The notes under the pieces were generated by a model. That model had not been told where the DNA came from and did no database searches. It saw only the letters and a list, made by a program, of their open reading frames with translations. A program made the position numbers and the translations under genes. A DNA stretch of 42,616 nucleotides, taken from NCBI GenBank assembly GCA_020344555.1, contig CP070827.1, positions 3,159,828 to 3,202,443 on the forward strand. Direction: 5' to 3'. Below, one piece after another: positions 18,899 through 26,732 of the stretch (position 1 is its first letter; each line of letters starts with the position of its first letter). The stretch comes from Phycisphaerales bacterium. GTDB taxonomy: Bacteria > Planctomycetota > Phycisphaerae > UBA1845.

Positions 18899-18974
18899 CC
18901 CTCGTGAACGAAAAGCGTAGCTTCCTTATTCCCCGTAGACTGGAAGACCTTGGGCTCCCGCGAGTCTTCAGCAT

Positions 18975-19790
18975 TCACACGGGACACAGCTCACACTCTT
19001 CTGTTGACTGTATAATAAATTGCCCCGTTGGCTCTGGTTCTTCGCGGTCGACGAACTCCCAGTCACAAACTTCTGTCCACGTAAAAAGTGTGAACGGTCG
19101 AGGACAGTCGCCACAAACACGGTGTATCTCACAATCCAATCCCCGCACTATCGCCTCCTCACACCCGTATGTGTATGTGTAGCACGGTATAGGAGAATCA
19201 TCCTCATTACAACCGGGAACGAAGCGAGTCAGGTTTCTCCGGATAAGCACGCAATTGATCAACGTCATCCACTCTTCAGGTTGGCAGTTTTGATGATGTA
19301 AGTACCCGAGGAGGAAACCCCCCTCACATTCCCGGCCTGAAGGATCCCTGGATGATAGAGGGCGTCCGCGCACATAGACATACGAGTCCATGCCATCTTG
19401 GTACGCACTCCTATCACCGTGTGTCACGTCGTACGGGTCGCGCTGCACGAACCGTCTCTTGCCGGGATCATACTGCCTGGTCCGGTTCTGGTAGCTCCTG
19501 ATCTCCGGTTCATGGAGCAGGCCCTGGTGCCCGAAGGGTTGGTCGACGGCGGTGGCGATGCGGCCGGGGTGGCGGGCTAATCCTTGAGGCAGTGGGTTGA
19601 ACAGGCCTGCATCGGTCGAGTCGTAGTCGCCATCGAAGTCCAGGTCCAGGATGCGGCACGCGCCCGACACGGTTCCTGTGCACGTGCTGCCCGGCGTGCC
19701 CTTGTCCGTGGCGTCCACGTCGCCGTCACCGTCGCGGTCCCCGTAGCCCGTTTCCTGATACACGGTCATCTCACCGTAGGGGCTGAGCAC
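18975..19790 (-). CDS. Rhs/YD-repeat core end plus Cys-rich C-terminal tip of unknown type (remaining ORF of a truncated rhs gene)
   Basis: The Rhs-associated core signature is FGHQGLLHEPEIRSYQNRTRQYDPGKRRFVQRDPY...YVYVRGRPLSSRDPSG. It is followed by ~118 aa with 14 Cys. The listed ORF begins at GTG 19790 only because the upstream frame is broken. Confidence 0.75.
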   Translation of the reverse strand: MLSPYGEMTVYQETGYGDRDGDGDVDATDKGTPGSTCTGTVSGACRILDLDFDGDYDSTDAGLFNPLPQGLARHPGRIATAVDQPFGHQGLLHEPEIRSYQNRTRQYDPGKRRFVQRDPYDVTHGDRSAYQDGMDSYVYVRGRPLSSRDPSGRECEGGFLLGYLHHQNCQPEEWMTLINCVLIRRNLTRFVPGCNEDDSPIPCYTYTYGCEEAIVRGLDCEIHRVCGDCPRPFTLFTWTEVCDWEFVDREEPEPTGQFIIQSTEECELCPV

Positions 19791-20110
19791 ATAGCACTCG
19801 ACCAGGCTGCTTCCGAGGTCGATCAGGCCGATGACGTTCCAGTTGGCATCCTGGTGGACGTAAGGTCGCCCTTGCCTTTCACCCGGATCATGACCAGCTC
19901 GTCAATATACTGCGTCCCGTGGGTGAACTGCTGATGATACGTCGTTTGCTCACCGAGACGCGTCTCCACGATCTTCTGACCATCATAATAATACCGGGTC
20001 ACGGCGTCAAAGTCGCCGGAATTTGTAACGCTTTTTTTGATCCGCCGGCCTCTCCCGTCGAATTCGGCGGTCTGGAAGGTGACGGCATCAAATGGCGGAT
20101 CTGTTGCCCC
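19791..20110 (-). pseudogene. upstream Rhs/YD-repeat fragment, frameshifted relative to 18975..19790 and truncated at its 5' end
   Basis: My minus-strand translation gives VGATDPPFDAVTFQTAEFDGRGRRIKKSVTNSGDFDAVTRYYYDGQKIVETRLGEQTTYHQQFTHGTQYIDELVMIRVKGKGD. Another frame then continues RPYVHQDANWNVIGLIDLGSSLVECYVLSPYGEMTVY. An in-frame TAG sits immediately upstream at about 20111-20113. Confidence 0.7.
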
Positions 20111-20134
20111 GACCTACTTGACTCCAGCGAGTTG

Positions 20135-20989
20135 CTAGCGCGTTTGCCGTTTCTGCGAGAGGATGACTATCAAGTCGCCCCTCGCACCGTCCGTACCGCC
20201 CTCCAGCGACGAGTAGAACTCCACTTCACCAAACCCACACTCGGCCAGCAAGGAGCGATACTGCTCATCGGTATACGCCTGCACGCTTGCCGAGTGGCGC
20301 GATACCTCGCCTGTCATCGAATCGATGACATAATAGCGTTCGATGCCTACGTTGCTCTCGGCATCCCAGAAAGGCTCCTGAAGGCACAGGTGCGGCTGAT
20401 CCGAGAACAATCCACTCTCGGCGGAGTACCACGAAGATGACCGCTCTCCCATCTTGCGGACTATCTCAAAGGTATGTGGCTCGAGAAGCAGAAGGCCGTG
20501 TGGCATCAAAGCCTCATGGGCTTTCCCGAGAATACCGCTCGCGTCCGCCGGGCGAAAGACGTTAAACTCGCCGAAGATGAGCAGGACGAGGTCATAACCG
20601 CGACCGTAGTCTGCAGTCCGAATGTCCTGCTGAACGTACGTGCATGGAAGACCGTCCTTCTCAGCCTGCCCCTTGGCGTGGGCTATCGAAGCTGGAGAGA
20701 AGTCAATGCCGACACACTGATGCCCAAGCCTCGCCAGCCGGTTGCAATACAATCCCGGGCCGCAGCCCAGATCGAGAATCCGCGACGGATTCCCCTTCAA
20801 AACCTGATTGTGAATCCACTTTACGTGGTTATCAATGGTCTTGAAACGACGACTGGCGGCGTCGCCTTCCTGGGACAAATGCTCCTCGAGCATTCGCCTA
20901 CTGAAGCTCGGATCATCCCAGGGAATCTTCTCCCCCTCCGCCCATGGTTTTGGGACACCCTTCCTGCGAACAACATCCAACAGGTTCAC
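20135..20989 (-). CDS. class I SAM-dependent methyltransferase
   Basis: Motif I ILDLGCGPGLYCNRLARLGHQCVGIDFS, then an acidic post-I residue and DLVLLIFGEFNVF (motif II/III-like). Confidence 0.85.
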   Translation of the reverse strand: MNLLDVVRRKGVPKPWAEGEKIPWDDPSFSRRMLEEHLSQEGDAASRRFKTIDNHVKWIHNQVLKGNPSRILDLGCGPGLYCNRLARLGHQCVGIDFSPASIAHAKGQAEKDGLPCTYVQQDIRTADYGRGYDLVLLIFGEFNVFRPADASGILGKAHEALMPHGLLLLEPHTFEIVRKMGERSSSWYSAESGLFSDQPHLCLQEPFWDAESNVGIERYYVIDSMTGEVSRHSASVQAYTDEQYRSLLAECGFGEVEFYSSLEGGTDGARGDLIVILSQKRQTR

Positions 20990-21221
20990 TGCAGCACTTC
21001 TCCTGATTCAACGACAAGATCTAGAGCCCAACACGCCGCGCGACCGGTACGGCCGCCACGCTGATTCAGCAGCCCATTAGCTTCGCACCCGTTGCCCACT
21101 GTCCCTGATTCTCCCGTTCTCTGCATTGCCGGTCTGTCACACGGAATGACGCGGACTATACACACGTTGTTCTGTAATGACATGACGTTGTCAGGGTGGC
21201 TCCAGATCGTTACGGCAAGCC

Positions 21222-21974
21222 TCATACTTCGGCCTTCACGGTGTGGGCACGCCAGAGACACAGCATGACGACGGAGGCACAGCCCGCGATCACGCAAATG
21301 AGCTGCGACATGGAGAAAGACCCGACGGTCAGTGAACGTTCACTCAGGTCGGCCCTCCAGAGCTCGCAAGCGGCCCGTCCCAGGCCGTAGATGGACAAAA
21401 ACCACACCAACATCGTCCCTCGCCAGCGCTCATGGTTGAAGACCTTGAAGGCCCAAAGGACACATACCAGGAACAGCACTTCGTAGGTCTGTGTCGGATG
21501 CAGCGGCACGCCCGGCGGTGCAGCGGCGGCGCCCGCAGGGAATGTGATCGCCCAGGGCATGAAACAGGGTCGTCCATAACAACAGCCATTAAAAAGACAG
21601 CCGAGTTTGGTCAGGATCATGGGGATGGGAAGCGGTAACGCAACGAGATCGAGTGCTGCGCGTCTGCGCTTCGCCAGAATCAACGCAAGCGGCACGCCCA
21701 GGACAAGATACGCCAACACCCCGCCCCAGAGCCCTCCGGCCAGGTAATGCTCGGGAGTCAGCAATGCCCACAGGCTGAATTGGTCGTGCTGAACGTCGTA
21801 CAGCAGCTTGGCTCCGGTGGTCATGCCGGCCAGATAGCTCAGGCTCAGGACGATCCAGACGCGATGCCGCACTTGGAGGCGCTTGGCGATCAAATAACTG
21901 AGCAGCGAGTAGATTAGAATACTCGTAAAGTACAGGGCGGTCCACGTCGTAAGCGGTCCAAGATGCCGCCACAT
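21222..21974 (-). CDS. lgt: prolipoprotein diacylglyceryl transferase-like
   Basis: ORF 21222..22274. The ATG at 21974 starts the hydrophobic part. Lgt-like blocks are present: LGCLFNGCCYGRP (compare GNFxNGExxG), HPTQTYEVLF (compare HPxQLYE) and YGLGRAACELWRAD (compare GRFxxExxRxD). Confidence 0.72.
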   Translation of the reverse strand: MWRHLGPLTTWTALYFTSILIYSLLSYLIAKRLQVRHRVWIVLSLSYLAGMTTGAKLLYDVQHDQFSLWALLTPEHYLAGGLWGGVLAYLVLGVPLALILAKRRRAALDLVALPLPIPMILTKLGCLFNGCCYGRPCFMPWAITFPAGAAAAPPGVPLHPTQTYEVLFLVCVLWAFKVFNHERWRGTMLVWFLSIYGLGRAACELWRADLSERSLTVGSFSMSQLICVIAGCASVVMLCLWRAHTVKAEV

Positions 21975-22255
21975 TTGTCTTATCCGCGATGATCCACCTG
22001 TTGAACGTCTGGCCGCCATTCTACCCGGACCGGCCGGCCACCCGAAAGTGCCTATCGCTAGGCCTGCCGCCCGATCGCCGGGTTCATACTGGCCGTGGCC
22101 GAGATAGCGGCACGGCGAACCACTGGAAACGCTCAAGGCTCGAGGTCGAAGATCCGAGCCAAGGTGCAATCGCAGCAACCAGCCTGCCCGGCACCACAAT
22201 CGGCCTGGCCCGGCAGGTGATCTCGGCGGCCCGGGCGGTATCGACAACTTCTTAC

Positions 22256-22284
22256 TTGACAGCCTACTAGGCATGTAGTAATAT
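22256..22284 (+). promoter_or_regulatory. near-consensus sigma70-type promoter (TTGACA-17-TAATAT) with an embedded dyad, a likely autoregulatory operator
   Basis: TTGACA is at 22256-22261 and TAATAT at 22279-22284. The spacer contains TACTA-ggcatg-TAGTA, and TAGTAATA recurs about 20 bp downstream. GGAGG at 22304-22308 precedes the ATG at 22314. Confidence 0.6.
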
Positions 22285-22313
22285 TCCTATGTCGCTAGTA
22301 ATAGGAGGCCTGA

Positions 22314-22748
22314 ATGGACGATTCGATGCCGCATATCACAGGGGCAGAGCTGAGAATCATGAAGGTGCTCTGGGAGCTCGGCCGAGGCACGGTGCGGCAG
22401 GTTCTGGACGCCCTGCCAGCGCATCAGGACGAACGACCGGCCTACACGACCGTCATGACCATAATGAAGCAGCTCGCCGAGAAAGGCGCCCTGACTGTAG
22501 ATCGGGAGCGTCAGCCGTTCGTGTACGTGCCCGCACTGCCTCGGGATCAGGTGCTCGGTTCTCGTTTGGCTCAGTTCCTGCACACGGTGTTCGACGGTCA
22601 AGTCGAGGATCTGGTCCTGCACCTGGCCAAACAGGCTCACATCTCTCCGGAGGACCTGCGCCGCATTGAAGCGAAGATCCGGGCGCGCGAGCAGGCGGAG
22701 AGGCAGCCTCGTGGTCGTCCGGCAAAGCGCAAAAAGGGAAAGCCATGA
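22314..22748 (+). CDS. BlaI/MecI/CopY-family transcriptional repressor
   Basis: The winged-helix N-terminus ITGAELRIMKVLWELGRGTVRQVLDAL...AYTTVMTIMKQLAEKGAL is typical of the family. Its stop overlaps the next start (ATGA at 22745-22748). Confidence 0.88.
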   Translation: MDDSMPHITGAELRIMKVLWELGRGTVRQVLDALPAHQDERPAYTTVMTIMKQLAEKGALTVDRERQPFVYVPALPRDQVLGSRLAQFLHTVFDGQVEDLVLHLAKQAHISPEDLRRIEAKIRAREQAERQPRGRPAKRKKGKP

Positions 22749-24589
22749 TCCCGACTACTTCCGGAATTGACATCCAATCTGTCGCCGATGCCATCCTAGG
22801 GTGGACTGCACACGCCGTGGCGTTCGGCACAATCGTGGCGGCCCTGACCTGGCTGGTGATTCGCCTGCTGGGCAAACGAGCGTCACCGACGCTGCAGGTG
22901 GCGTTGTGGTCGCTCGTTCTTGTCAAGTTCCTGGTTCCCGTGGGGCCTGGGTGGTCGCTTTCATTAGCTAGTAGCTACGAGAGACTCTCGATGCGCGCAT
23001 CGAGTCTTCGCGTTGCCGGTGCCGCTGCCGAGACCGGCCCCGTATTCGCGCCCATAGAAACGGCGAACGGAGCGGTGCAGGCGGACAAGATGGTCGCGCC
23101 GCTGTGGTTCAACTGGAAGGCGATTGCGGCAGGAGCGTACGTTCTTACCGTGGTCGGCCTGGGAGCGACGAGGATTCGAGGCTATCGTCTCTTTCGCGCC
23201 CGCTGTCTGGCGTTACCGGCGCCCGATGAATCCACACGCAGGGTGGTGAGCGGTGTCTGCCGCAGACTCGGTGTGCGCCGGCTGCCGTTGATACGGATCA
23301 GCGACGAAGCCCGGGCACCGTTCGTGACCGGGTTTGTCCGTCCTTTATTGGTACTCTCCAGTCGCCAGCTCGTGCGGCCGAACGAGCTGGAGACGGTGAT
23401 CGTGCACGAGGTCACTCATATCCGGCGGGGTGACATGTCCGTGCGTTGTCTTCAATGGGTTGCCGGAACCGTCTTGTTTTTCTGGCCGGTCGTAGCATGG
23501 GTCAACCGTCGAATCGACGGAGCCCGGGAGTTTGCCTGTGACCAATGGGCCCTGCGTCACGGGAAGCTCACAGTGTGCGAATACGCCAGGTGCCTGCTAA
23601 GCGTGCTTCAACCGCTGCAGGTGCCGAGGTTGGTCTATCAGCCCGCATGCATGGCCGGCAGTCCAAGCACGATGGAAAGGAGAATCGACATGATTCTGGC
23701 ATTGTCAAGCCGCCCGGCGCGGCGGCCGATCTGGGGCCTGTTTACGGTGGCGATTCTGGTGGCGTGGGGCGGTTTCACGCTCACCGGTGCGGCAGTCACA
23801 AATGGGGGTCCCGCAACGGGTAAAGCGAAGTATCTCCCAACCGAAAAGGACATGAGAATCCACGCCGACGCGGTGTACGCACGGGTCAACGAATACGCTG
23901 CGGGCGATCTGAACGGCGACGGTCAAACGACCAAGGACGAGTGCTGGAGCTTCGTGACGGCTGTCGTTTTGCAGCAGTCGGACGGGGTGCTAGAGGAGTA
24001 TCCGGACGCCGATCGTAACTCCGACGGCGAGCTGGATCTCGTGGAAGCGTACCAGTTCGTGCGCGGGGATTATGACATCAAAGCGGTGCACAAGTATGCC
24101 CAGTACGAGTTGGAGTCGGCCAAGAAAAGCGGAGACAAGGAACGCTTCAAGGAGCTGAAGGCCGAGGCGTTCGCCCGCGAGATGGAAGCCTGGCACTTCG
24201 TTCTCGACCGACGAGATCGGCTCATGGACATGATGAGCACGGAACCGAGTCTCGAGAAGGTCAAGAAGATCGCGGCGAAAATGGCCAAATTCGAGGAGAA
24301 GAAGAAATCGGCCGAAATGGCCGGAGGCCCGAAGCTCGCATCCGCGATGGCCGACATCTCCAAACTCAAGGCGAAAGCTGAGGACCTAAGAGCGCAGGCG
24401 GCCACTCTTTCCAGTGAAGAGGCCGAGGGCTACTACAATAAGGCTAACTACCTTGAACAGAAGGCTGCGACGCTCAGCGCCAAGTTGACTGGTGCCCTCG
24501 AAGATAACATTGCCAAGCTGGAGGCCGCCGGCAAGCATGACGAGGCCGCCGACCTCAAGGGCAAGCTGGCCGAGCTGCAGGAGCTGTAA
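22745..24589 (+). CDS. BlaR1-like M56 metallopeptidase signal transducer with a non-canonical C-terminal domain
   Basis: N-terminal helices are followed by HEVTHIRRGD (HExxH, codons at 23405-23419) and a further helix IWGLFTVAILVAWGGFTLTGAA. Then come DLNGDGQTTKDECWSFV, DADRNSDGELDLVEAYQFV and a ~165-aa Lys/Glu/Ala-rich heptad-like tail. No SxxK penicillin-binding sensor domain was seen. Confidence 0.85.
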   Translation: MIPTTSGIDIQSVADAILGWTAHAVAFGTIVAALTWLVIRLLGKRASPTLQVALWSLVLVKFLVPVGPGWSLSLASSYERLSMRASSLRVAGAAAETGPVFAPIETANGAVQADKMVAPLWFNWKAIAAGAYVLTVVGLGATRIRGYRLFRARCLALPAPDESTRRVVSGVCRRLGVRRLPLIRISDEARAPFVTGFVRPLLVLSSRQLVRPNELETVIVHEVTHIRRGDMSVRCLQWVAGTVLFFWPVVAWVNRRIDGAREFACDQWALRHGKLTVCEYARCLLSVLQPLQVPRLVYQPACMAGSPSTMERRIDMILALSSRPARRPIWGLFTVAILVAWGGFTLTGAAVTNGGPATGKAKYLPTEKDMRIHADAVYARVNEYAAGDLNGDGQTTKDECWSFVTAVVLQQSDGVLEEYPDADRNSDGELDLVEAYQFVRGDYDIKAVHKYAQYELESAKKSGDKERFKELKAEAFAREMEAWHFVLDRRDRLMDMMSTEPSLEKVKKIAAKMAKFEEKKKSAEMAGGPKLASAMADISKLKAKAEDLRAQAATLSSEEAEGYYNKANYLEQKAATLSAKLTGALEDNIAKLEAAGKHDEAADLKGKLAELQEL

Positions 24590-24672
24590 GCTGGAGCGAT
24601 CGGACCTCGGCGGCGGTTGAACAGGGGACGACTGCCTACGCTACGAATAAGGGTCCGGCGCTCGCAAGAAAC

Positions 24673-24717
24673 AAGCCCCGCCCCAACAAGCCGAAACGCT
24701 TGCGGGGGCGGGGCTTG
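24673..24717. terminator. intrinsic terminator hairpin between convergent genes
   Basis: A 13-bp perfect stem CAAGCCCCGCCCC / GGGGCGGGGCTTG encloses an inner CAAGC/GCTTG stem. On the minus strand it is followed by TTTCTTG, so it best fits termination of 24839..26647 and may work in both directions. Confidence 0.75.
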
Positions 24718-24838
24718 CCAAATGGAGCCGGTCGAATAGGCCCACCGATGTTGAAACAGCGACTAAGAAGAGCACGAGAGCGGCGACCATAGTGGTGCGC
24801 CGTAATAGCATCAGATTACCATCAGGGCCAAAGCCCGA

Positions 24839-26647
24839 TTACGGACCGGCAAGTCCCGGCAGGAAAGCGGCGTAGTCGTCAAGGTCGACATCGCCGTCGT
24901 TGTCAAAGTCGCTCACCAGGCAGCACGGATCGTTGTAGAGCGGCGGGTCGCAGGGCGGTTTGCTGCAGACGCCGGTGACGCAGTTCGCAAAGACGGCGTA
25001 GTCCGTCAGGTCGAGACCCACAGGAGGTGGGGCAGTAAGTTCAAGCTGAATTGTCCCGGGCCCGCTGCGTCCAGCGCACAGGGCGTTGGCGATTCCGGCG
25101 CACGACGAGTCCCACCGCGTCCTGTCACAGCAGGACGGGTCTACTGCGCAAACGGCTGCCTCGCACATAGAGTCACTGCAGCCTGGCGTTTCGTTTTGGA
25201 TGCCGCAGTCACCCTTAAGGAGGGCAGTGTAGCCACCCACACGAATCTTGTAACCCTGTCCTCCAGTCACCAGCAGTTCGGCCTCGGACTGTTGTGCCAG
25301 AGCGTCGCTGCATCCGTCGTCGTCGCATGCCACCGCCGCGTCACTCGGTGGACAGGCAAAGCCCTCATAGATGGCCACCTTTGTATCGAACGGGCTCTCA
25401 CACAAGCGAGCTGTCAACAAGCCGGAACACGGAGCCACATAGTCAAACCAGATATCGCGGTGTACCTGATGATCGCCCAGAGGGAAGGCGCAGCATTGCT
25501 GCGAGGGCAGGCAGTGTTCCTCCGGGCCGTCTGTCATTGCGCCAGTCGTGTCGAAGAAGGTCTCACCCTCGGAGATTGGCAGGCTGTTGATGCAGGCGTC
25601 ATTGACGGGGACTGTGTGGCACGCCTGCGGATCGTCAAGGGGCAAGTCCAGGCAGAATGCAAGATCGGCAACAAGTGCGTCCTGCGGGTCATAGCCGTCG
25701 GGTGAGGTGATACCGTTGCCATCCTGCACGGCTCGCTCGTTGTTTGCCCGCGCCGCCGTCCAATACCACGATCCGGCACCTTGCGTTTCGTTGCTGATCT
25801 CGACCCAGTAGCACATCCCGGCCACGACGGACACCGGCTCGTGGGTGGCCTTGTATTCGTATTCGGGATCCACGTCTGCCAACAACTGGTAGGTCCAAGT
25901 TGGACCTTGAACGGACAGCGTGCTCTCCGCCTGCGAGAACGGGCCGGCGAACAATGTCCCCGGTAGACCGCCGTCATCAATGTAGTAGCGTAGTTCAAAT
26001 GAGTCCGAGACGACACGCGCAGGGTCGCCCGCGTCGTTGTAGTACGTGCCCCACCAGCAGATCTCGCTGATATCGCCGTCGGCCGCTGGCGTGAAATCAT
26101 CCGCAACCACGAACTCGGCGCGATTGCTGGCCAGCGCGTTCCAGCCATCGCGGGCCTGGCAGTTCTCGGGTGCTTGCTGACAGGGGGGTACCGGAGCCGT
26201 CCCGCAGTGAATCGCGAACGTCCCACTGCCTCCGCGGACGAAGGGATGGGTGCCGATCCGAATGAGATAGTCGAGGCCGGCGACTGCGGTGAACGTCACA
26301 CTGGATTGGAACACGCAAGCATCGTCGTCTCCACCAAGCCAAGTCATTGGCGGACATTGACACCCATCATAGACGACAATAATCGTATCCACCGCCGTGC
26401 CGCCGCAGGTATCGATCGTTACATCCCCGTCGCACGGTGCCGTCCAGCAGTACCACACATCGTTGGCGATGGCATCACGTGGATCATCCAACACACCGTC
26501 ACTATCGTCGAAGGCGAACAGACCTTCACCGATGATCGGCGCGGCATCGGCACAAGTGTCGTTAGGAGGGGGGGTCCCCATGACCGAGCACGCGGAAGTG
26601 AGCAGAACACAGACTCTCGAGACCAGGAGGCCAAACATCTCTTGCAT
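24839..26647 (-). CDS. secreted modular Cys-rich protein with C-terminal dockerin/EF-hand-like motif
   Basis: Signal peptide MQEMFGLLVSRVCVLLTSACSVMG. Two modules open with NDxCxxAxPI (NDTCADAAPI, VNDACINSLPI) and end in (I/V)R(I/V)G(T/G) strands. A Cys module CSDSMCEAAVCAVDPSCCDRTRWDSSC follows. The C-terminus reads SDFDNDGDVDLDDYAAFL. Confidence 0.8.
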   Translation of the reverse strand: MQEMFGLLVSRVCVLLTSACSVMGTPPPNDTCADAAPIIGEGLFAFDDSDGVLDDPRDAIANDVWYCWTAPCDGDVTIDTCGGTAVDTIIVVYDGCQCPPMTWLGGDDDACVFQSSVTFTAVAGLDYLIRIGTHPFVRGGSGTFAIHCGTAPVPPCQQAPENCQARDGWNALASNRAEFVVADDFTPAADGDISEICWWGTYYNDAGDPARVVSDSFELRYYIDDGGLPGTLFAGPFSQAESTLSVQGPTWTYQLLADVDPEYEYKATHEPVSVVAGMCYWVEISNETQGAGSWYWTAARANNERAVQDGNGITSPDGYDPQDALVADLAFCLDLPLDDPQACHTVPVNDACINSLPISEGETFFDTTGAMTDGPEEHCLPSQQCCAFPLGDHQVHRDIWFDYVAPCSGLLTARLCESPFDTKVAIYEGFACPPSDAAVACDDDGCSDALAQQSEAELLVTGGQGYKIRVGGYTALLKGDCGIQNETPGCSDSMCEAAVCAVDPSCCDRTRWDSSCAGIANALCAGRSGPGTIQLELTAPPPVGLDLTDYAVFANCVTGVCSKPPCDPPLYNDPCCLVSDFDNDGDVDLDDYAAFLPGLAGP

Positions 26648-26732
26648 CCTTACTCGGATAAAGCTCCCACCGGACTCCCTGTCGATTCACGCAGCGCTGT
26701 TCGCAAGGTCGCCTGGTCTCTTTCGTGCATCC

